Origin: an uncultured archaeon
GTDB taxonomy: Archaea; Asgardarchaeota; Lokiarchaeia; Sigyniarchaeales; SOKP01
Direction of reading: 5' to 3'
Length of the DNA stretch: 13,702 bases
Assembly: GCA_964583985.1 (NCBI GenBank)
Contig: CAZOYD010000083.1
Span: forward strand, 1-13,702
A program made the translations under genes and the position numbers. The notes below the pieces were generated by a model. The model searched no databases. It saw only the letters and a list, made by a program, of their open reading frames with translations, and was not told the DNA's origin. Of the stretch, positions 1 to 8,533 are shown one piece after another. Each line of letters begins with the position of its first letter. Within the stretch, counting starts at the first letter, position 1.

Positions 1-162
1 TCACATTAATTTTATCAATTTTTCAATTATCGGAAAGCAAGTTTTCAGAAGTAAAATAAAGTTTCTATTAGTAGCTTAGGAGAAGATTATTATCTCTCAA
101 TTCGAAAAAAATTTCAAGCAATATTAAATATTCGCTTGAGTCTCTGTGCTCAAATAATAAAT

Positions 163-177
163 AAAAAAAAAGAAAAA
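163..177 (-). terminator. Oligo-T terminator of the NosD-like gene
   Basis: The plus strand reads AAAAAAAAAGAAAAA, which is a T-tract on the minus strand just after the stop codon at 182-184. Typical archaeal intrinsic terminator. Confidence 0.6.
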
Positions 178-181
178 GGTA

Positions 182-1648
182 TTAGATTATCTTGTTTCGT
201 TTAATCTTGACTGATATTAGCAAGAGAGCAATGCTTAAGGCGCTAATAATGAGATAGAAATTACCGAATGGAATTGCTTGGGGCGTCGAAGGTAAGCTTT
301 CTTTTATAATGGTGATACTATCTGAAGCTAAATTTCCCGCGGTATCATTTACGTATACCGTAAGAGTATACATCCCCGCTGGCAATGTATCCCACACGGA
401 TTGGTCAACGGATCCCGTTAAACTATAGATGATTTGGCTTTCGTATACTGATGGTCCTGAAATTACATAGTAATACGTATCGATATGTAATTCGGTAATG
501 GTGATGGAATAAGTAGGTGCTGTTGTATTGTATTTGGAATTATTGAGAGGCATTAAAATAGTTATTATTGGTGCTATGTCGTCTCCGTCATCCCATATTG
601 GAAAATGATCGACTCCCGCGCCTGTACCGGGAATAGAGTATGCTGAGTCCCCTATTCCATCATCATTGGCATCAACTCCACCATAATCGCTCCAATAATT
701 ACCAATGATACCAGTATCCCATTTAGTAGCAGTTCCATTATCAAGAGCATTTTGCGCAGATGGATTATCGAATGAATTCAGAGAAAATTGATTATTGTGA
801 CTCTCTCTAGTTTCGGCTACTATGAGCACGCCATAATCCGAGTTGTCATGGATGGTGTTATTAATTATTCTATTATAATTAGAATTATCTTGAATTTTAA
901 TCCCCTTATCATTATACATAAGGACGTTGTCAGTGACGTTAATACTTTCACTATCAATAATTCGAATTCCCTCTCCATAAGTAGGTTCTCCTGTATTATT
1001 TTCAAAATAATTACCGCTAACAGTATTATTATCACTGCCTGCGTTAATTAATAAACCATAATAATGGCTTTCACTCTGTTCATTATCAATAATCTGGTTT
1101 CCCTTACTTTGGTATAGGATAATCCCTTGTCCTGGATTATTATCTATGCTATTACCCGTGATCGTGATATTTTCCGAATGGGATAAATACATGCCCACGT
1201 AATTTTCCGTTATCTCGCAATTTACGATGGTTCCGTTATGAACCCAGTCCAATTTTATCCCAGCGGCACCTCCAGAGGCTTCAGCATTTATAAGTAAGCA
1301 GTTAGCTATGACAAAATACTCATTATAGGAGTTTTTAATATAAATACAAGATCCTTCTGATTGAGCGTCAATAGTCACATTCTCAATGATATAAGGGCTT
1401 TGTGGAGTTCCTAACCCTGAACACCAGTCATACGTGCTCGCTGTAGCAGACCAATTATTATCGATGTGAATTGGTGAAGATAAAATCCAAAACGCCGAAT
1501 CTTTTAATCCGGTAAATTCCTCCTTCTCTGGTAACGAATTATTCCCCACATTCATCCAGGAGTGAATGAAGAATGATGGAGTTAATAGGATTGTAGTAGC
1601 TAAGACCAGTATTATAATTAATTTATTGTTTATTCCTGTAGATTTCAT
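182..1648 (-). CDS. Cell-surface protein with NosD/right-handed parallel beta-helix repeats, an Ig-like domain and a C-terminal sorting/anchor motif (Loki-CTERM-like)
   Basis: 488 aa. N-terminal hydrophobic signal; PIHIDNNW...GTPQSPYIIEN cap; many xNxIxxN/GI beta-helix repeats; GNYWSDYxGxDxNxDGIGD motif typical of NosD-like proteins; beta-rich domain ending YTLTVYVNDTAGN; tail IPFGNFY + hydrophobic helix + KIKRNK. Confidence 0.85.
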   Translation of the reverse strand: MKSTGINNKLIIILVLATTILLTPSFFIHSWMNVGNNSLPEKEEFTGLKDSAFWILSSPIHIDNNWSATASTYDWCSGLGTPQSPYIIENVTIDAQSEGSCIYIKNSYNEYFVIANCLLINAEASGGAAGIKLDWVHNGTIVNCEITENYVGMYLSHSENITITGNSIDNNPGQGIILYQSKGNQIIDNEQSESHYYGLLINAGSDNNTVSGNYFENNTGEPTYGEGIRIIDSESINVTDNVLMYNDKGIKIQDNSNYNRIINNTIHDNSDYGVLIVAETRESHNNQFSLNSFDNPSAQNALDNGTATKWDTGIIGNYWSDYGGVDANDDGIGDSAYSIPGTGAGVDHFPIWDDGDDIAPIITILMPLNNSKYNTTAPTYSITITELHIDTYYYVISGPSVYESQIIYSLTGSVDQSVWDTLPAGMYTLTVYVNDTAGNLASDSITIIKESLPSTPQAIPFGNFYLIISALSIALLLISVKIKRNKII

Positions 1649-2066
1649 GATTCAATTTTTATAGATTTATTGATCTTACACTATATTAAAATAAGAACCA
1701 ATTTAATATTTCTGTGCAATTTTGTACATCAAAGTCGTAAATCTTACATAATCATAAATACGATTTTGCTTTGTAGTAAATTCATATTATAAGTAAGCTA
1801 ACTGTCTAAGAAGCTGAATCATATAAATTAAAAAAAATTCATTTTTATTTCTACAAGAATTGCGATAAAGAATGATGTTCATTTAAAATAATCTAATTAA
1901 TTCATGAAACATCACTATGAGATTAAGCATATATTTTGAACTTGACTCATGATAATAGGAAGGACAGATTTAAAGTAAATTTTTTTTTATTAGGATGGGG
2001 GCTACTACAGAGATGGAGTTATATTGAAAGAAAAACTAATTCCTTTAGTAATAACTATTGAGAATA

Positions 2067-2080
2067 GGAAAAGTTTATAG
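2067..2080 (+). promoter_or_regulatory. BRE/TATA promoter of the candidate C/D RNA
   Basis: GGAAAAGTTTATAG: a purine-rich BRE-like stretch followed by TTTATA (2074-2079), ~25 nt upstream of the predicted RNA 5' end (~2104). Confidence 0.6.
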
Positions 2081-2104
2081 GTTTAAGAACAATTTTAACT
2101 AGTA

Positions 2105-2192
2105 GCCGATGATGAAAAGGCATTTGGGTGAGAACTCGACATGGATATCACGTGTGCAAAATTCAATGATATGGAGTTATACTTTCTGAGGC
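2105..2192 (+). ncRNA. Box C/D 2'-O-methylation guide sRNA (snoRNA-like), predicted to target LSU rRNA H69-H71
   Basis: Terminal stem GCC(2105-2107)/GGC(2190-2192); perfect box C ATGATGA (2109-2115); D' candidate GTGA (2128-2131); degenerate C' ATGATAT (2166-2172); perfect box D CTGA (2186-2189). The guide AAGGCATTTGG (2117-2127) is antisense to CCAAAUGCCUU of LSU rRNA. Upstream TATA and downstream TTTTATTT (2195-2202). Confidence 0.8.
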
Positions 2193-2368
2193 GATTTTAT
2201 TTATGGAAAGGGTTTTCAATAATTTGATAATTCAGATATTTCACGATTGAATGCATCAAATGAGGAAGTAGCAAAATATTACTGTGATTATATCTTCAAT
2301 TCTTTCAATCCAGCTAATCGTTAATGGGATCATAATATTAATAAAGTTAGAATAATTCATTGATCACC

Positions 2369-2929
2369 ATGATCATGACAATCAGTTTTCATTTTCGGGA
2401 ACCTTTCATTCCAGATATCATCGCTCTTATCTCTTTTATCTTATTATTAGTTGCTAGTATGCTCATAAAAAAGGATAATAAACTCAAAAGAGTGAATCTC
2501 CTCATTATCGGAAGTGTTATTGCTATCTTGTGGTTCTGTATTGATTTTTTTATTCCAGGCATATTATTACCAATAGTTCCTACTCCAGAAGATCTTGAAT
2601 TTACGCACGTATATGGTGCAATACTTGCGGGATTGATTCCAGATCTTGTCCTGATCTTGAGTCTTGGGATTCTACCACTCGTGGTATTTTTCATGAATAG
2701 ATCATCCAATTCCGTTCTAATGCTTGCGTTGGGAGGAATTTTACAGATTATTGCAGTTCTCATCGGCATTCATCAATATGATCCCTTGCTATCTGCATTT
2801 TCATTATCTTTTACCGCAATTTCCATGGCTTGTTTTGCCTATTTTGGCTACCGGATTAAAAACATCTATATAATATTATTCACCATATCGTTTTTTATAG
2901 CTCGTTTACTTTATCTTCTAATGATTTAA
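2369..2929 (+). CDS. Hypothetical multi-pass membrane protein (~6 TM)
   Basis: The ORF track starts at TTG 2360; ATG 2369 or 2375 is more likely. Alternating hydrophobic segments with short basic loops; no recognisable motif. Confidence 0.75.
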   Translation: MIMTISFHFREPFIPDIIALISFILLLVASMLIKKDNKLKRVNLLIIGSVIAILWFCIDFFIPGILLPIVPTPEDLEFTHVYGAILAGLIPDLVLILSLGILPLVVFFMNRSSNSVLMLALGGILQIIAVLIGIHQYDPLLSAFSLSFTAISMACFAYFGYRIKNIYIILFTISFFIARLLYLLMI

Positions 2930-3116
2930 TAATGATTGGACCAATTCATGATAAGATTGTATTCTCTATAGGATATAATGATTCTATTTTGATGAAAAGA
3001 TGAATCATCTATTCAAATTGAAGAAGAAATAGGTTTTTAGAAGATTATAATTTAAATTTTATAAGTATATAGCTATAATAAATAAATCGAATCCTCATTT
3101 TCTTAATTTTTTAACT

Positions 3117-3131
3117 GAAAAAAGTATAAAG
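3117..3131 (+). promoter_or_regulatory. BRE/TATA promoter, probably giving a leaderless mRNA for the DsbA-family gene
   Basis: GAAAAAAGTATAAA ends ~27 nt before ATG 3158, and there is no Shine-Dalgarno sequence. Confidence 0.5.
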
Positions 3132-3157
3132 GTTGATCTTACTTCTTAATCCTACTC

Positions 3158-3784
3158 ATGAGTCAAACAAAAATAAGGGTTATAGCTTATTCTGATTATA
3201 TTTGTCCATTTTGCTATATTGGATATCATCGAATAGAAAAACTCAAAAGAGAGTATGATCTTGCTGTTGAATGGAGACCCTTTGAGATCCATCCAGAAAC
3301 ACCAAAGGAGGGAGCATTCACTGAGGAATTGCCGTTTCCCAAGAGTTATTTAGAGATGGCATTCGCTAATGTGAAACGTCTTGCGGATGAGGATGGTATA
3401 CAGCTTAAATTTTCAGAAAAATTACCAAATTCAAGGTTAGCTTTATATATTTCTGAATTTGCAAGGAATAAGGGCAGATTTGAAGAATTTCATAAATTAG
3501 TATTAGAAGCGTATTGGTTAGAGGGAATAGATATTGGAGATAAAAAGTTCTTGTTCGATCTTGCTGAATCGGTTGGTCTAAATAAGAAGGAGATAGAAGT
3601 TTACTTGAGTACGGATGAACCTTTCAAAGTTTTACAAAAATCCTTAAAAGAATTAAGAACATGGGGGATAAATGGAGTTCCTTCTTTTATAATTGAAGAT
3701 AGTCTAATCGTTGGAGCTCAACCTTATGAGGTTTTCAAAAAAGTGATTGATAAAATATTGGATGAGAAATCAAAGGAAAATTAA
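3158..3784 (+). CDS. DsbA/FrnE-family thiol-disulfide oxidoreductase (cytoplasmic)
   Basis: SDYICPFCYIG (CxxC), WRPFEIHP, and GINGVPSF cis-Pro loop followed by GAQP; no signal peptide. Confidence 0.92.
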   Translation: MSQTKIRVIAYSDYICPFCYIGYHRIEKLKREYDLAVEWRPFEIHPETPKEGAFTEELPFPKSYLEMAFANVKRLADEDGIQLKFSEKLPNSRLALYISEFARNKGRFEEFHKLVLEAYWLEGIDIGDKKFLFDLAESVGLNKKEIEVYLSTDEPFKVLQKSLKELRTWGINGVPSFIIEDSLIVGAQPYEVFKKVIDKILDEKSKEN

Positions 3785-3879
3785 AATACTAATTTCATCT
3801 CTTATTCTTCAAATAGAACTTCTGCAATCACTATTTCATAACCCGAGAATTTAAATAATTCGCTTGGATGCATATCTTA

Positions 3880-4254
3880 ATGATAAACTTAAAAAGAATC
3901 GTATTTGCAACATTAATTGGCGCAATATTAGGCATCTTATGCATTTTAGGTGCAAGTGGAAGAATTGGTGGATGGTCAGGAAACGAAGTCATTTTAATCG
4001 GACTGTGGTATAATCGAGTAATCATGGGTTTAGTAATTGGTTTTGCTGGGGATTTAATACTAATTAAAAAGGGCAAATATTCCAAATGGGTAAATAGTAC
4101 AATAAGAGGAGCTCTCTTAGGTTTACTTATCTCTCTGCAGTTCTACTTATCAACAAATTTCCTTGATCTGTTAAGCTTTCTCGCTGGGATTCTTTATGGA
4201 ATTGTTATTGATATACTTTGTACTTTATTCATACAAGAAAAGGTACATGAATGA
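3880..4254 (+). CDS. Small hypothetical 4-TM membrane protein
   Basis: Gly-rich hydrophobic helices (GAILGILCILG, WYNRVIMGLVIG, RGALLGLLISL, GILYG). The start may be 3868 or 3880. Confidence 0.8.
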   Translation: MINLKRIVFATLIGAILGILCILGASGRIGGWSGNEVILIGLWYNRVIMGLVIGFAGDLILIKKGKYSKWVNSTIRGALLGLLISLQFYLSTNFLDLLSFLAGILYGIVIDILCTLFIQEKVHE

Positions 4255-4706
4255 GCTATATCACTTGTATCCTTTTTAAACTTGTATCTGATAATAATGA
4301 AGCGAATCCATAATATCTGATCTCCATAGAGCTGGAAGCGTGATTTCAAGTTTTCTTTTAGGAAATTAAAACCGAGTCTTTGAATAGCCTCTATGATAGA
4401 ATAGTTGTTAAAATTGGAGAAATTTACTCTTTCATATTCAATTCAGACCACGATCTAACTCATTTTGACTATTTTAAGATTAAAATCGTAGTTACTTCAT
4501 GTTTGCTTTTTTATCATGAAAATTTATTTAGCTTTTATTTGAGTTAAAATATTAGATATTGAATTAGGAGGTTTGTAGATCAAATCAGTTAATAAAATTT
4601 AAACCTATTTAAATTTTTTAAATCAATGTTAACATTTATAAATAATTTTAACATATATGCATTTAACCATAATTTCTAACTTTAAAAAGTATAGGTTAAG
4701 ATTAAG

Positions 4707-6089
4707 ATGAATAATGAAAAGCATTCAACAGGTAAAATGGTTTCGTTTACATCTGTAATATTTGGCACTACAATCGTAACAAACGTCATGACAGCGAGAT
4801 TTACAGCCTTTTATGAGACTGAAATATTATTACCTATAAATCTAATGGTTTTAGCCATAATTGTATATACAATATGGGATATGATTAATGATCCCATTTT
4901 CGGACATCTTACTGATCGAAAGTATCGATTGACTAGGAGGTGGGGAAAACGATTTCCTTGGTTAATGTGTGCTTCTTTTCCAGTTATCATTATTTTAATT
5001 TTGTTTTTTATGCCTCCAGATCCGAGCGTGAGTGGCGTATGGCTTACATTGGTATGGTTTTTAATATTTTTGATGTTATTTGATGGGTGCATGACCATCA
5101 TAGGAGTATCATATCTTGCATCTCTTATCAATAAGTTTCGATCCGATGAAGAACGTTTAAAAGTTTCTTCCTACCAGCAATTATTATCCACTTTAGGATT
5201 AATGCTTGCATTCTTTATTCCCCCTTTGGTTGTTCAATATGGAAATAAGTCTTCTTATATTATGTTGGCTTTAATTTGTGGAGTGATATTTTTAATTACA
5301 ATTCTAGTAAGCATTCCTGGTCAGAGAGAATCTAAGGAAGAAATTGATAAATACTATGTAACCGAAGAGGAGCAAGAACCATTTCTTAAGAGCTTCATTG
5401 GAATGTTTAAAATAAGTTTAAAACAAAAAAATTTCCGAGCCCTTCTCGTTATTACTATCACTCTCGCTTTGTTTAATTTGCTATTTATTGCTTCTATTCC
5501 ATATTATGTTCGCTATGTCCTCCAAGCAAGTGCCACCACTGAGCTTTTATTATATCTTCCTTATTTATTAGCTGCGTTCATTCCAATTCCGTTGTACTTT
5601 TGGATGTCCAAGAAGTATGGCCACTTGAAGATGTACATAATTACTTTATTTCTCAAAGCAATTGTTCTATTTCTCATGATAATTTTTTATACGAACTTTT
5701 TGATCATACTTGTTCTTGTGGCAATAATGGGAGTTTCAGTAGGAATAAGTAATATTGCTGGAACACCTGTAGGAGGAGATTTTTACGACGAGGCCGCAGT
5801 ATTTAATAAGAAACGTTATGAAGGAATATATATGGGTATCCAAACATTTCTGAGTCGAACCATGTACATCTTTCAGTTGGTGGTATTTTGGATAATCCAC
5901 TCACTAACAGGTTTCATTGCTGAAGCATCAACCCAGACTCAAGCAGCGCAATTTGGCATAATAATTCACATGATGATCATACCTGCGATTGCCAGTTTAA
6001 TTGGGGTACTCTATTTCTGGAAAACATGGGATTTGAAACCAGAAAAGGTACAAACAATCAAAAATCAACTCAAAGAACTAAAAATTTAA
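4707..6089 (+). CDS. MFS transporter, glycoside-pentoside-hexuronide (GPH/MelB-like) cation symporter
   Basis: 460 aa, ~12 TM. Signature IWDMINDPIFGHLTDR...RWGKRFPW, plus ER motif in the cytoplasmic loop and DE...RYEGIY. Confidence 0.92.
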   Translation: MNNEKHSTGKMVSFTSVIFGTTIVTNVMTARFTAFYETEILLPINLMVLAIIVYTIWDMINDPIFGHLTDRKYRLTRRWGKRFPWLMCASFPVIIILILFFMPPDPSVSGVWLTLVWFLIFLMLFDGCMTIIGVSYLASLINKFRSDEERLKVSSYQQLLSTLGLMLAFFIPPLVVQYGNKSSYIMLALICGVIFLITILVSIPGQRESKEEIDKYYVTEEEQEPFLKSFIGMFKISLKQKNFRALLVITITLALFNLLFIASIPYYVRYVLQASATTELLLYLPYLLAAFIPIPLYFWMSKKYGHLKMYIITLFLKAIVLFLMIIFYTNFLIILVLVAIMGVSVGISNIAGTPVGGDFYDEAAVFNKKRYEGIYMGIQTFLSRTMYIFQLVVFWIIHSLTGFIAEASTQTQAAQFGIIIHMMIIPAIASLIGVLYFWKTWDLKPEKVQTIKNQLKELKI

Positions 6090-6102
6090 TTTTTTTTATT
6101 TT
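6090..6102 (+). terminator. Oligo-T terminator after the MFS gene
   Basis: TTTTTTTTATTTT immediately after the TAA stop. Confidence 0.6.
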
Positions 6103-6228
6103 TAATTATGTAATGCGAAATTAGAATAAATTGAATTTAAAAATAATTAAAATCAGGATATATAATAAGAGAAATTTCAAATAAAAGATAATGAATTTAG
6201 ATGTTAGATAATAAAATGAGATGATCTA

Positions 6229-6591
6229 ATGGAAGCGATATTCTCTATTTTGCGGGCAAAATTAAAAGAAAATATTCAAATTGAATTTGATGATAGAAAT
6301 AATACTGTTTACCTATGGGTAAAATCAAAACAATTTACGGATGCAATAATCGCGACGCCTAACGAAGTGAAAGTAATGCTTATAATATTTGGTGGACTAA
6401 ACGAAAATACATCTTTGACAATTGAAGTTAATAATTCTTCGAAAATAATTAAATTAATTTCTGATAATAAGGATGAATACACTTTTTTAAAAGGAATTAT
6501 GGAAAATTTATGGGATCAAACAATAGATCTCTTAGAACAAGTGGATGTTGGAAATTTTTCAGAGTTCCTGAAAATAAAATTTGAAGATTAA
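6229..6591 (+). CDS. Hypothetical protein (120 aa, soluble)
   Basis: Clean ATG-TAA ORF co-oriented with the cluster, protein-like alpha/beta pattern; no recognised motif. Confidence 0.7.
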   Translation: MEAIFSILRAKLKENIQIEFDDRNNTVYLWVKSKQFTDAIIATPNEVKVMLIIFGGLNENTSLTIEVNNSSKIIKLISDNKDEYTFLKGIMENLWDQTIDLLEQVDVGNFSEFLKIKFED

Positions 6592-6651
6592 AAGTATTAC
6601 AAAATTCCAAGATAATAAAAAATTAGAGCACTATGAGGAGAATCTTAAGAG

Positions 6652-8490
6652 ATGGATGAAAAATTGGATGACAGGATTAATCCATTTATGGAAATTGCAA
6701 AAGAGCCAATTAAGAGGATAAAAAATTCATATGAACGGATAATATACGATGAGTATGTCACGATGCGAGATGGAGTTAAGCTAGCAGTAACTGTTTCTCT
6801 ACCAAACCTGGATGGTAAAAATAATAAATTTCCCACTTTTCTTTCTCAGACAAGGTATTGGAGGGCCATGAAATTACGCTTACCGTTCAGATGGTTGATC
6901 GATGAATTACCGTTAGCAACTGTTGTTAATGTCATGTTCAATTCTCATGGATATGCAACAGTCTCCGTTGATGTACGAGGAACGGGAGCTTCCTTTGGAA
7001 GCAGGAATTTTCCATTTACCAAGGAAGAAGTACAGGATGGTAATGAACTTCTAAATTGGATAACCGCTCAACCTTGGTCGAATGGAATGGTAACTTCTAG
7101 TGGAGGATCATATTTAGGAACCGCTGCGGAATACTTAGCAACCCACAACAATCCCTCTCTAAAAGCAATTGTACTTGGTCATTGTTCATGGGATGCATTT
7201 TTAGATGGTGCAGCTCCTGGAGGTTGTTATAATCACACATTTATGCAAATGTGGTCACTTTCTGGAAAGTTACAAGATCAAAATAATCCTAAAATGTTCA
7301 AGCAAAACTTACCAATGTTTTGGTTAATGTCTGAAGGGGTTAAACCGGTTTATTCTGAATTAAATCCGAATCTCTTGCAAGAAGCAATTGATCAACATGC
7401 TAATAATCAATATGTATATGAATTAACAAGGGATCTTAACTTTCGGGATGATGAGCTCCCAGATGGAAACCATGTAGATTATATTAGTACTTTTTACCAT
7501 AAAAAAGAGATAGAATCTTCAAAAGTTCCAATATTAAGTTGGGCTTCATGGCTTGATTCTGGTTATGGAGATGTTGTAATTTATAGATTTCTAAACTTAA
7601 ATAATCCTCAAATAGGAATAATTGGGGATTGGAATCATGGTGCAACGCTTCCTTCAAATCAGTTTTTCCCTGAAAGAAAAGTGGTCAATCCAACACTTGA
7701 TCGATTGCTAAAAACTTGGATTCACTTTTTCGAAAGTTGCATAAACAACAACCAATCTCATGAAAAATTACTTTACTATTATACGATGGGAGAAGAAAAA
7801 TGGAAAAAGACAGATATCTGGCCACCACTTCGACATGAATATTCGAGATGGTATTTCTCAAGCAAAAATGCTCTGATAAATACTCCACCAAAAGAAGATG
7901 TTGGATCTGATCAATACAAAGTAGACTTTTTCGCAAGTACGGGAAGAAATAATCGTTGGTGGGCATTATTAGGATATCAAGTATTATATGGAAATAGAGC
8001 AGAAAGAGATTCAAAATTATTAACATATACGAGCATGCCATTTAAAACAGATATTGAGATTACTGGTAATCCCATAATTTCCGTCAATCTTAGCACAACC
8101 CACCAAGATGGTGTTATTTATGGGTATTTAGAAGATATTAATCAAGAAGGGGTCGTAACTTACATCACGGATGGACATATTAGATTCATTCATAGAAAAA
8201 TTTCAGATGAACCATCGTTATATAAAGCTCTGATTCCATATCATTCTTATAAAAAGAATGACGCATTAGAAGTAATTCCAAATGAAATAATGGAAATTAA
8301 ATTTGGCTTGCATACCACATCTGCTGTTATCAAGAAGGGCCATAGGATGAGAATAGCATTAGCAGGTCATGATCGGGAGACATTTAAAAAATATCCCAGT
8401 TCCGGAAAACCGATTTTATCCATCTATCGAAATAATGCGAATCCTTCATATATTGATATCCCGATTATAGCAAAGAAAGACTCAAATTAA
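6652..8490 (+). CDS. CocE/NonD-family serine hydrolase (S15 peptidase-like alpha/beta hydrolase with PepX_C-type domain)
   Basis: MRDGVKLA; TRY oxyanion motif; DVRGTGASFG; QPWSNG; nucleophile GGSYLG; WLD (Asp); GDWNHG (His); C-terminal KKGHRMRIAL. GAGGAG upstream. Confidence 0.92.
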   Translation: MDEKLDDRINPFMEIAKEPIKRIKNSYERIIYDEYVTMRDGVKLAVTVSLPNLDGKNNKFPTFLSQTRYWRAMKLRLPFRWLIDELPLATVVNVMFNSHGYATVSVDVRGTGASFGSRNFPFTKEEVQDGNELLNWITAQPWSNGMVTSSGGSYLGTAAEYLATHNNPSLKAIVLGHCSWDAFLDGAAPGGCYNHTFMQMWSLSGKLQDQNNPKMFKQNLPMFWLMSEGVKPVYSELNPNLLQEAIDQHANNQYVYELTRDLNFRDDELPDGNHVDYISTFYHKKEIESSKVPILSWASWLDSGYGDVVIYRFLNLNNPQIGIIGDWNHGATLPSNQFFPERKVVNPTLDRLLKTWIHFFESCINNNQSHEKLLYYYTMGEEKWKKTDIWPPLRHEYSRWYFSSKNALINTPPKEDVGSDQYKVDFFASTGRNNRWWALLGYQVLYGNRAERDSKLLTYTSMPFKTDIEITGNPIISVNLSTTHQDGVIYGYLEDINQEGVVTYITDGHIRFIHRKISDEPSLYKALIPYHSYKKNDALEVIPNEIMEIKFGLHTTSAVIKKGHRMRIALAGHDRETFKKYPSSGKPILSIYRNNANPSYIDIPIIAKKDSN

Positions 8491-8533
8491 AAAATTAATG
8501 AATCGCAAGAACGAGAAATTTAGGATCAAGTAG

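Noticed and set aside
788-1051. 87-aa plus-strand ORF
   Set aside because: Antisense shadow inside the NosD-like gene; no motif.
2223-2324. Short open frame (…ASNEEVAKYYCDYIFNSFNPANR*) after the C/D RNA
   Set aside because: About 30 codons with no ATG start; cannot be supported as a gene.
2389-2769. 126-aa minus-strand ORF
   Set aside because: Antisense to a hydrophobic membrane-protein gene, a typical shadow ORF.
2945-2996. SECIS-like AUGA...GA hairpin (Lokiarchaeia are known to use eukaryote-like SECIS elements)
   Set aside because: No apical AA motif, wrong core geometry and no in-frame UGA in neighbouring genes; the DsbA CxxC is encoded by TGT/TGC.
3831-4085. 84-aa minus-strand ORF
   Set aside because: Antisense shadow of the 4-TM protein gene.
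4195-4443. Stop-free minus-strand frame (IEYERVNF...) in the intergenic region
   Set aside because: No start codon near the upstream stop, overlaps the 4-TM gene, and has no recognisable homology; at most a decayed remnant.
4811-5131. 106-aa minus-strand ORF
   Set aside because: Antisense shadow of the MFS transporter.
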